A stretch of DNA of 64,000 bases from Eledone cirrhosa (lineage: Eukaryota). Each line of letters opens with the position of its first letter. The stretch's first letter is position 1. The position numbers and the translations under genes are program-made. Of this stretch, positions 25,680 to 37,115 are shown piece after piece. Below the pieces are notes generated by a model. That model was not told where the DNA came from and ran no database searches. It was given only the letters and a program-made list of their open reading frames with translations. The stretch covers positions 92,194,001-92,258,000 of the forward strand of contig OZ024740.1 in NCBI GenBank assembly GCA_964016885.1, read 5' to 3'.

Positions 25680-26621
25680 CTGAAATGTCTTCAGGCGCTC
25701 ACAGCCCTCGACCATTCGAGCAATGTGATCGGTGGAAATTTCACCTCGGCGTTCTATAGAGGATTAGTGCAGGGGAACAGCGACGACGTACTTGGGGAAA
25801 ATCTAGGCCTCGACGAAAATCAACTAGCCAATCTCTTCGGATGAACTTTCGGGCCGGGGCCTATGGACAACTCCAGAAATCTCTGGCCTGGCAGTGCTAC
25901 AGAGGAGCCTTGCCAATTCAAGATAAACTCTACAGGCATGGAGGTGCCGTCAGCCGGACATGTCCGAGATGAGCGCAGGGCTCGAAACGGTCCTGCACGC
26001 ACTCGTCCAGTGTCCGAAAATTGCTGACTTGTGGGTTTATGTCGAACACCTGCTGTCGCGTGTAGGACGGATCAGGCTATCATCTGAGTCCATCGTGAGG
26101 ATTGCCCCGCTATCTTCCTTTAGCCGCGAAGGGCAGGCAGTTTTTACCTGTCTGGTGGCCATGGCGAAAGAGATAGTATGGTGGACACGTTTGAAAGGGC
26201 TGAAGACGAGCACTTACCCCTTCGGTGATGCCCTGATTAACTTTTTCAAATTTCATTTGAAAAGGAAAATCAGAGTAGAGAGGGAAGCGCTCTCTTCCCA
26301 GCATTTTGTTGAAAGATGGGTGAGAGAAGCAAGTATGGCCCGAGTGAATGGGCCTACTCTGAGTATGTGTCTGTAAATTAAAGGTTGAAAACTGGGAGAG
26401 GGCCCTTGCCCTGGTGTTCAGTGTCACTGTGGCCTTTTAATGGGCTGTCTCCACAAATCTCCCTTGGAAGTCTCCCCCCTATTGCGGAATTTTTCATTGT
26501 TATTTTTTATTACATCCTCTTTTTTTTTACACGCAGAAATGCCCATTTGTACCGTCCTGTATTGACCTGCACTGTCCTTAATGTCTACTTTATGTAAACC
26601 CTTGTGGTTAATAAAGAAATC
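25680..26621 (+). mobile_element. Tx1 family, 5'-truncated 3' copy (about 0.94 kb)
   Basis: Matches 20521-21462; preceded by stuttered AATGTCTTC copies. Confidence 0.92.
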
Positions 26622-26640
26622 ATTATTATTATTATTATTA

Positions 26641-29067
26641 TTTGCATTTATCTTGCTTTATGTTTATACGAGTTATCACCAAGTCACAACCAGTGACCTC
26701 AAGAGACAACAAGGTCCGCCATGTTCAAGAAAGAACATACATATTCACTCATGCATCCTTAGTGTTTAGACTTGTGATGTACTTATATTGACAGGATCTT
26801 CCTTAGTATATGGGCAGTTCCCATTAGTACTATCTTTTGTATTTCTCCTATACGCGGGTTTCCTGGGATTTGCGATAAGTAGTCGTTAGACCCCTTAGGT
26901 ATCATTCCCAGAGCGCCGACAACCACTGGTATTGTTTTAGTTCTCAATTTCCACATTTTTCCAATTTCTATCTCCAGGTCCTTATACTTGCTCAATTTTT
27001 CAAATGTTTTTATAGATACATTCTTGTCTATTGGAACAGACATATCAATTAGCAGGCATACCCTCCTTTGAAAGTCCTTCAATATTATATCAGGTCTATT
27101 TGCATCTATTTTTCGGTCTATTTGGATGCTAAAGTTCCACACGATTGAGATGTGATCTTTTTCAAGTATGGGAGGTGGTTGATGCTCCCACCAATTCTTT
27201 TGATGGGGCAGGTCAAAATGCTTACACATTATCCAATGTATGTATTGTGCAGCTCTGTCATGCCTGTTTAGGTATTCGGTTGGAGCTATAGGACTGCACA
27301 TTGAAATTATATGGTCAATAGTCTCTGGTTGTATTTTGCATACACGGCATAATGGGCTGCACCCATTTTTTATTATTTTGGCTTGGTAATTTTTTGTTGG
27401 CAGACACTGATCTTGTGCCGATATAATCAGTCCTTCAGTCTCCGATTTCAGTCCAGAGGATGCCAACCACTGATGGGTTAAAGTTTTGTCAACATCAGGA
27501 TTGTTAGCTCGCTCTGGGTATTTTCCATACAGAGGCTTTTCTTGCCATTTCTTAGCCAGTTTCTGTAGCAGTTCTTTCTTTGCAGTTACTTTTACCTGCT
27601 TTGCTTTTTCTGTGTTTTCCATTTCAGCAGTAAATGGGACTTCTGAAATTTGTAGTCCATTACTGTATCTTTGTGCATCTTTTGTAATGGAACATGATCT
27701 TTTGGTGCTTTCGTGTTTCAAAACGAGTTTGATCATCCAATCATGTGATTCCCTTAGATATGTGGATAATCCAATTGTTGCAGTTTTCAACGCAATGTCT
27801 AACTGGATTAACCCACGTCCTCCTTCTTTCCTAGGGAGATATATTCTATCTATGTCTGCCTTAGGGTGATGCATTCTGTGCATGGTTAAGAATTTTCGGA
27901 TTTTTGTATCGAGCCTACGGATCTCTGTGCTTGACCAGTTGATGACATTGTAACTGTAGGTTACTACTGGTATGGCAAGCGTGTTTATGGCATCGATCCT
28001 ATTCCTTGCATTCAATTCCGTTCTTAAGATTGCCCTGACTCTGCGGTAACATTCCTTCCTTATCCTTTCCCTCATTGTCGAGTGCTTGATTCCGTCTCCT
28101 TCACAAACACCTAGATATTTGTAAGTTTTTTCTTGATCAAGCTCTCTTATCACGTTCCCCCGATCAAGATTAATGTCTGAATTCTTCAGCAGCTTTCCTT
28201 TGGTGAACGTTGCTTTGGCGCATTTATCCAGTCCAAACTCCATTTTAATGTCATCACTGAACTGCTTCACAGTGGATAATAGCCCTTGCAATTGTTCATC
28301 ATTTTTTGCAAATAGTTTCAGATCATCCATGTAGAACAGGTGATTAATGGTTTTGTCATAGACTCTATATCCATGTTTTGTTTCATTGAGCATTTTACTT
28401 AATGGTATAAGTGCGATGCAGAATAAAAGCGGTGATAAAGAGTCACCCTGAAAAATTCTACAATTAATGTTAACTTCTCCATCTTCCAGTGATTTTGTTT
28501 CACTATTCAAAGGAGTGTCGTTCTCCATGTCCTCATACTGAATGACAAAAACCTCCTGACAACGGGGGATATTTTGAAAATCTCTAAACATTTTTCAATC
28601 CAACTGTGTGGTAAACTATCGAATGCTTTTTTATAATCTATCCAAGCAATCGATAGATTTTTGTGTCTATTATGACAATCTTCCAGTATCATTTTGTTAA
28701 CCAGAAGCTGATCCTCACAGCCATATGAGCCTCGTTTACACCCTTTCTGCTCAATGGGAAATAGGTCATTTGTTATCAGGTGGTCATATGTGTATTCAGT
28801 TAGGACTGATGTTAAAATGTTATACATTGTGGTCAAGCAGGTTATCGGTCTGTAATTTTGGGGATTGTTTGTCTCATCATTCTTCGGTAGCAGGAAAGTA
28901 ATGCCGTTAACTAGCCATGATGGTATCTTTTCTGGCTCCTTAACTATTTCATTGTAAAGTTGGGCTAACAGCTCATGAGACTCTGTGAAGGCATTTATCC
29001 AAAAGTTTTGTATTTTGTCTTTTCCTGGGGATTTCCATTTGCTGGTTTTTCTTAGAGCCAAGCGCAG
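26641..29067 (-). mobile_element. R4/Dong family A, 5'-truncated (RT, CCHC, RLE)
   Basis: ORFs 28507-29061 and 26783-28591 (one frameshift): WIDYKKAFDS, QGDSLSP, YMDD, CRVC..HIISMC, RHD, RPDII..IDMS..KLSKY; (TAA)n tail. Confidence 0.93.
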
Positions 29068-29103
<36 letters not shown>

Positions 29104-29110
29104 GTTGTTA

Positions 29111-32100
29111 TTCCTTGAATTTCAGTCATTGATGTTGGTTAACTGGAAAGTCCGTTGGAATGAATATCAAGCCACTACCTGCAGCCTCAGATATTCAGGA
29201 CGTATCGGAGGGTTCTTGCTGTTCCAAGCAAGCATGCCTTTTGAAGCGTTCCAAAAAGCGTGACGGGGCCGATTTCTCAGAATGTGGTAAATTGTTTACT
29301 TTGCACAGGTGCCAGTGGATCACCCTGCCCATCACATCGTGTCTCCAGCCCTTATAGTGGGTCTGGGTAGGTGTTTACATTCGGACACAATGTGAGCCAC
29401 AGTCTCCTCTCTCTCTCCACAGATCCTGCACAGTGGGCTAGCCTCCTCCTTGTAAATATGGTGCTTCAACCACTTCGTTTTGAGGGCCTGCTCCTGCGCA
29501 GCCATTATCATTCCTTCTGTAGCCTTTTTGAGGTCTCCTCTTCTCAACCAGTTCCATGTCTGTGGATCTCTAAATTCAGTTTTCTCAAAGAAGGTACTAT
29601 GAAGGGATTTTCCCTTAAGGCTGCTCTTCCTCCTTGATGTTATTTCCTCCTTGGACATCCCCTGGCCTACTGTCCCCTCCTTCAGTACAGTTTTGAGCAT
29701 TGGCTCCTTACTATAGGTCACGTATTTGTATAGGTTGTTTTTCTCCATCTGAACACAGTCCTCTATGCTGATAAGACCTCTTCCACCCTCAGATCTCCTT
29801 AGGTAGAGTCTATCGACATCACTCCTCTTGTGGAACATGTTGTAGATAGTCAATAGCTTCCTAGTCTTCCTATCCATTTCTTTTTGTTCAGCAACATTCC
29901 ATCTCAGAATTCCCGCACTGTACCTAATAATAGACAGAGCTCGGGAATTTACTGCGCTTATGGCATTTCTGCTGTTCAGATGTGACTTCAATACGCTCCT
30001 TACTCTCCGAATGTATTCAGTTCTTAACAATTCCTTCATTTTTTTGTTCTTTATGCCATCAGCCTCCAGAACGCCCAAATACTTGTATCCTTCCTCAGAG
30101 TCAATTTCCTTTATCATCTCACCTGTTGGTATCTGGATCCCGCTACTTCTGCTCAACCTACCCCCTCCTCATCACAATGACTCCACATTTACCAATACCA
30201 AACTGCATACATATATCACTGCTGAAAATACGGACAGTGTCAACAAGCACATCCAACTCCTTCTCACTTTTCCCGAAGAGCTTATGATCGTCCATGAAGA
30301 GGAGGTGATTGATGGTAAGCTCTCCCCTTCCCAACTTGTATCCTGCTCTCACTTTTCGCAGCATAATGGTCAAGGGCATTAGGGCAAGGACAAACAACAG
30401 AGGGGACAGGCTATCTCCCTGAAAGATAACTCTCTTGATCTTCACCCTTCCCAAGGATACTCCAGTTGATGTCAACTCTGTCTCCCAGGACCCCATACTC
30501 CTGCCCAGCAACTGTCTGATGTTATCTGCCACCCTGAAGATCTCCAGGCTTTTGGTGATCCAAGAATGAGGCACCATGTCAAATGCCTTTCTGTAGTCTA
30601 TCCATCCCATGGCACGATCAGTGTGTCTCCTCCTGCAATTCCCCATTACCATCTTATCAATAAGTAACTGGTCCTTTGTACCACGTGACTTCTTTCGGCA
30701 TCCTTTCTGTTCGTCCGGTAACAAGTTGTTTGTGTGGAGGTGATGGTAGATTTCCTCAGACACAATGCTCGTCAACAGTTTCCACATTACGGACAGACAT
30801 GTGATAGGACTATAGTTGGTAACATCATTACCCTTGATTCGGTCTTTCATTATCAGAACTGTGGTACCTTTTGTCAACCACTCTGGCACCTCACCCGACA
30901 CCAAGCAGTCATTGAACATGGCCGTCAGCTTCGGGTGGAGGGATGTTAAATGTTTAATCCAATACCCCTGCACACCATCTGGGCCTGGTGATTTCCAGTT
31001 GGTTAGATTTTTGGCCTGCCTCTTAAGAGTTTCAACTGTGATACTCAAATCAGTTTGTTGTTGTGCCTGCTCACCGATCTCCCACTGTACTGTCTCAATC
31101 CACCCTGCCTGGGCATTATGTCTAACATCCTGCTCCCATATTCCTCTCCAGAATGTTTTAGTTTGTTCCGCCCCAGGGATCAAGTCGTTGCCTCTTTCTT
31201 TCCCCTCAAGCTGTCCAAACAGCATCTTCTGGTTGTTGTCGAACATGCGGTTCTGTTTATACTGACTGACTCTGTTCTCGTATCGCCTGATTTTTGCACT
31301 CTTTGCTACAATGCGTTGCTTCAATTCCTCTATGATAATATTTAGCTTTTTACTCCTAGTTTTGTATTTTATTTCCAGTCTATTTTTAGTGCCTATGTTT
31401 TTTAGTGTCCCATTCAGTATTGACTCAAGCTTTCCTATGTCATTTCTCATTTCCCCGATTTGCCCACTCAGTCGCTTCTTCCACCACGGCTCTGCTCTTT
31501 CTTGTCTGTTGTTTCCTCTCGCTTTTATACCAAGTAGTTTCCTCACCGTATTTGCTGTTGCTTTGAGGATATTGTTGCACTGGTGAAGGCTCCTCGCCTC
31601 AAGGTATGGGATGACTTTGTTTACCTTAGCTGTTGTTTCTTTTAACTTTTTCCTGTCTACAAATCTTAGGTTCATAGGTCTCCCACTATCATTGTTCAAT
31701 TCATCTACCACTAAATTTAGGATGTCAACCGAATCTTGTCCTAGCCCGTCAGCATTCATCTCCTCAGTGGCCGTATCTCTGTTCCAGGTATTATTTATCT
31801 CAGTATTCAGATCATTGTCTGCTTCGGGTGGTTCCTCCGTTCTCAGGACCTCTTCACCTTCATTTCCCAATGGCTCGCTTGTCTGGCATACTACACCCGC
31901 CATCTCCAAGCCATTCTCTCTGCTCAGTTCCTCCAGTTCCAGCTCGCTTATCCACCCATTAGTTCTTATTACCCGAGCCTGCCCGGCCAATTTTTGTTCA
32001 TCTAATTTAAATAAACCAATCTCGTTCCAGATGTTATGCATCCGTCTCCTGTAGCCCCTCTCCTTGGGGTTACTTTTCAGGTAGCATTGCATAACAGTTC

Positions 32101-33338
32101 TATTCAATTCTTTCGTCCAGTTGGTTCTGGCCCCTTTCCTTCTTCTTCTTCCTCCAACATCAGCAGTATTTGGTTGACAGTCAGGTTCCTGCTGCTGAGC
32201 CAGGGGGCACCTGTTGGGTGAGAGTCTGTCACATGACGTTCTAGTCTCCATTTCACCGTTATTTTTTCGAACTGTTTATGTTCGATATTTAAACACTCTT
32301 ATCGAGGATTGGCGAATGTATGGTTACATAGCCATCTGTGGATCCGCCATCCCACTTGGCCCTTGTGTGGCATTATCACCACGCTGTATACGAACACACA
32401 TAAACAAACAAACACACAGGCAGAAGGGGCCCCAAAAATGAATAAGCATAAGTTTCATTGTAATGTAGTGTTCGAATGTCTGACTTAGTTTTTGTTTTTT
32501 AAGTTTTAGTTTTTCCCCCCTCTTCTCTGTCCGTCCGCCTGCCTCTCTCTTCATTCTTATTTTCTTTACGTTTTGGGGGTTTCTTTTTTTGTTTTTGTTT
32601 TTCTCTGTTTGTTTTTCTCGTTTTTGCTGTTGTTGCTGTGCTGCTTTGGTTTTGTTGTTTGTTTTTTCTTTTTTCTTTTGAGTCTATCTATATATTTTGA
32701 TGCCTTCCTCTTTGTTAGTAGTAGGAATTCTATAATGTGGAAGTAGCAGCCAGCAGGGAGAAGTGGGAGACTGGCAGCGGTATCGATACTGAGACAGTGG
32801 TGGTGGTGATGTCGATACCGAGGCAGTGATGGCGGTGATGTGACCGTATTACTGTAGTGATGGTGCTGTAGCGGTGGCAGCAGTGAAGGAGTGAAGGGGT
32901 GGTGGCGGCGGTGATGGGATAGTGGTGGTAATGATGGCCGTAGTGAGCGGTGGTGGTGAAGGTGAAAATGCCGTTTTCTGGCTGTTGTGTTTAGTGTACA
33001 CAGATGATGGGGTGGGTGGTGTATCTAGTTTCTGGTGTTGGTGAGTTTGGCTGTCCTATATAGTGTAGACAGAGGAGAGGAAGGGGGGGGGGGGTTCTTC
33101 TTCCATTTGTAGCCATTTTCTTTTTTGGATATACAGTGTACAATACAAAGTTGAATATTTGAATATTTGAGCCATATAACAATATATTTTGGGTCCGAAT
33201 TTTTTGGGGCTCAAGCCGGGTCCTTTACGTAGCATTTGTACTAAGAGTTGTTATTTCACAAATGATTTAAATATGTTAAAAATTCAAAACTTACGGGAGC
33301 GATTTCATGACCTCCGTCACCTCGTGCGTCTTCTTCCC
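29111..33338 (-). mobile_element. R4/Dong family B, apparently full-length with 1.1-kb 5' leader; RLE core deleted near 29272
   Basis: ORFs 30158-32251 (ATG at 32251) and 29332-30156; near-identical to 33395-36815; leader begins GGGAAGAAGACG directly after (TAA)n. Confidence 0.88.
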
Positions 33339-33394
<56 letters not shown>

Positions 33395-33397
<3 letters not shown>

Positions 33398-36300
33398 CTT
33401 GAATCTCAGTCATTGATGTTGGTTAACTGGAAAGTCCGTTGGATTGAATATCAAGCCACTACCTGCAGCCTCAGATATTCAGGACGTATCGGAGGGTTCT
33501 TGCTGTTCCAAGCAAGCATGCCTTTTGAAGCGTTCCAAAAAGCGTGAAGGGGCCGATTTTCTTTAACCATCCCTGGAAACCTTTGGAGATAGTCCCCAGT
33601 GCGCCTATGACAATCGGGATCACTTTGACTTCATGGCAGTTCCAAATCCTTTTCACCTCCCACTTTAGGTCCTGGTATCGGTTAATTTTCTCCCTCTCCT
33701 TCTCTTGCACTCTCGTGTCGAACGGGCAGGCCACATCCACAATCAGGCACGATCTTTTTTCTTTGTCCACAACCACCAGGTCAGGTCTATTGTGTTCCAT
33801 TTTTTTTGTCCATCTGTATCCTAAAATCCCACAGCACCTTCACCTGACTGTTCTCCATCACCGCCTCTGGCCTATGCTCATACCATTTCTCAGAATGTGG
33901 TAGATTGTTTACTTTGCACAGGAGCCAGTGGATCACCCTGCCCATCACATCGTGTCTCCAGCCCTTATAGTGGGTCTGGGCTAGGTGTTTACACTCGGAC
34001 ACAATGTGAGCCACAGTCTCCTCTCTCTCTCCACAGATCCTGCACAGTGGGCTAGCCTCCTCCTTGTAGATATGGTGCTTCAACCACTTCGTTTTGAGGG
34101 CCTGCTCCTGCGCAGCCATTAGCATTCCTTCTGTAGCCTTTTTGAGGTCTCCTCTTCTCAACCAGTTCCATGTCTGTGGATCTCTAAATTCAGTTTTCTC
34201 AAAGAAGGTACTATGAAGGGATTTTGCCTTAAGGCTGCTCTTCCTCCTTGATGTTATTTCCTCCTTGGATATCCCCTGGCCTACTGTCCCCTCCTTCAGT
34301 ACAGCTCTGAGCATTGGCTCCTTACTATAGGTCACGTATTTGTATAGGTTGTTTTTCTCCATCTGAACACAGTCCTCTATGCTGATAAGACCTCTTCCAC
34401 CCTCAGATCTCCTTAGGTAGAGTCTATCGACATCACTCCTCTTGTGGAACATGTTGTAGATAGTCAATATCTTCCTAGTCTTCCTATCCATTTCTTTTTG
34501 TTCAGCAACATTCCATCTCAGAATTCCCGCACTGTACCTAATAATAGACACAGCTCGGGAATTTACTGCGCTTATGGCATTTCTGCTGTTCAGATGTGAC
34601 TTCAATACGCTCCTTACTCTCCGAATGTATTCAGTTCTTAACAATTCCTTCATTTTTTTGTTCTTTATGCCATCAGCCTCCAGAACGCCCAAATAATTGT
34701 ATCCTTCCTCAGAGTCAATTTCCTTTATCATCTCACCTGTTGGTATCTGGATCCCGTTACTTCTGCTCAACCTACCCCTCTTCATCACAATGACTCCACA
34801 TTTGCCAATACCAAACTGCATACATATATCACTGCTGAAAATACGGACAGTGTCAACAAGCACGTCCAACTCCTTCTCACTTTTCCCGAAGAGCTTAAGA
34901 TCGTCCATGAAGAGGAGGTGATTGATGGTAAGCTCTCCCCTTCCCAACTTGTATCCTGCTCTCACTTTTCGCAGCATAATGGTCAAGAGCATCAGGGCAA
35001 GGACAAACAACAGAGGGGACAGGCTATCTCCCTGGAAGATACCTCTCTTGATCTTCACGCTTCCCAAGGATACTCCAGTTGATGTCAACTCTGTCTCCCA
35101 GGACCCCATACTCCTGTCCAGCAACTGTCTGATGTTATCTGCCACCCTGAAGATCTCCAGGCTTTTGGTGATCCAGGAATGAGGCACCCTGTCAAATGCC
35201 TTTCTGTAGTCTATCCATCCCATGGCAAGATCAGTGTGTCTCCTCCTGCAATTCCCCATTACCATCTTATCAATAAGCAACTGGTCCTTTGTACCACGTG
35301 ACTTCTTTCGGCATCCTTTCTGTTCGTCCGGTAACAAGTTGTTTGTGTGGAGGTGATGGTAGATTTCCTCAGACACAATGCTCGTCAACAGTTTCCACAT
35401 TACGGGCAGACATGTGATAGGTCTATAGTTGGTAACATCATTACCCTTGATTCGGTCTTTCATTATCAAAACTGTGGTACCTTTTGTCAACCACTCTGGC
35501 ACCTCACCCGACACCAAGCAGTCATTGAACATGGCCGTCAGCTTCGGGTGGAGGGATGTTAAATGTTTAATCCAATACCCCTGCACACCATCTGGGCCTG
35601 GTGATTTCCAGTTGGTTAGTTTTTTGGCTTGCCCCTTAAGAGTTTTAACTGTGATACTCAAATCAGTCTGTTTTGCCTGCTCACCGATCTCCCTCTGTAC
35701 TGTCTCAATCCACCCTGCCTGGGCATTGTGTCTAACATCCTGCTCCCATATTCCTCTCCAGAATGTTTTAGCTTGTTCCGCCCCAGGGATCAAGTCGTTG
35801 CCTCTTTCTTTCCCCTCAAGCTGTCCAAACAGCATCTTCTGGTTGCTGTCGAACATGCGGTTCTGTTTATACTGACTGACTCTGTTCTCGTATCGCCTGA
35901 TTTTGGCACTCTTTGCTACAATGCGTTGCTTCAATTCCTCTATGATAATATTTAGCTTTTTACTCCTAGTTTTGTATTTTATTTCCAGTCTATTTTTAGT
36001 GCCTATGTTTTTTAGTGTCCCATTCAGTAGTGACTCAAGCTTTCCTATGTCATTTCTCATTTCCCCGATTTGCCCACTCAGTCGCTTCTGCCACCACGGC
36101 TCTGCTCTTTCTTGTCTGTTGTTTCCTCTCGCTTTTATACCAAGTAGTTTCCTCACCGTATTTGCTTTTGCTTTGAGGATATTGTTGCACTGGTGAAGAC
36201 TCCTCGCCTCAAGGTATGGGATGACTTTGTTTACCTTAGCTGTTGTTTCTTTTAACTTTTTCCTGTCTACAAATCTTAGGTTCATAGGTCTCCCACTATC

Positions 36301-36815
36301 ATTGTTCAACTCATCTACCACTAAATTTAGGATGTCAACCGAATCTTGTCCTAGCCCGTCAGCATTCATCTCCTCAGTGGCCGTATCTCTGTTCCAGGTA
36401 TTATTTATCTCAGTATTCAGATCATTGTCTGCTTCGAGTGGTTCCTCCGTTCTCAGGACCTCCTCACCTTCATTTCCCGCCGGCTCGCTTGTCTGGCATA
36501 CTACACCCGCCATCTCCAAGCCATTCTCTCTGCTCAGTTCCTCCAGTTCCAGCTCGCTTATCCACCCATTAGTTCTTATTACCCGAGCCTGCCCGGCCAA
36601 TTTTTGTTCATCTAATTTAAATAAACCAATCTCGTTCCAGATGTTATGCATCCGTCTCCTGTAGCCCCTCTCCTTGGGGTTACTTTTCAGGTAGCATTGC
36701 ATAACAGTTCTATTCAATTCTTTCGTCCAGTTGGTTCTGGCCCCTTCCTTCTTCTTCTTCCTCCAACATCAGCAGTATTTGGTTGACAGTCAGGTTCCTG
36801 TTGCTGAGCCAGGGG
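33395..36815 (-). mobile_element. R4/Dong family B, nearly intact, truncated just inside the ORF start
   Basis: 976-aa ORF 33787-36717 plus RLE frame 33471-33800; (TTA)n on both sides. Confidence 0.95.
33471..36717 (-). CDS. R4-clade RT-RLE polyprotein (single frameshift in an A-run near 33800)
   Basis: WKSPGPDG, WIDYRKAFD, GIFQGDSLSP, FMDD, CRIC..HIVSEC, RHD, RPD..IVDVACP..KINRY. Confidence 0.88.
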
Positions 36816-36852
<37 letters not shown>

Positions 36853-36855
<3 letters not shown>

Positions 36856-37041
36856 CTTGAATCTCAGTCATTGATGTTAGTTAGCTGGAAAGTCCGTTGG
36901 AATGAATATCACGCCACTACCTGCATCCTCAGTATTCAGGACGTATCGGAGGGTTCTTGCTGTTCCCAGCAAGCATGCCTTTTTAAGCGTTCCAAAAAGC
37001 GTGAAGGGGCCGATTTTCTTTAACCCTCCCTGGATACTTTT

Positions 37042-37042
<1 letters not shown>
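36853..37042 (-). mobile_element. R4/Dong family B, short 3' fragment
   Basis: Matches 33395-33585. Confidence 0.9.
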
Positions 37043-37075
<33 letters not shown>

Positions 37076-37081
37076 AGAAAG

Positions 37082-37115
<34 letters not shown>

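Noticed and set aside
32290-32375. HDV-like ribozyme call at the R4-B 5' end
   Set aside because: I could not place P1/P2/P3 and the L3 motif by eye; kept only as an unclassified structured RNA finding.
33795-33812. Possible programmed frameshift before the RLE domain at an A-run
   Set aside because: The homologous copy at about 21905-21925 has no extra base and stays in frame, so this is a mutation or sequencing error.
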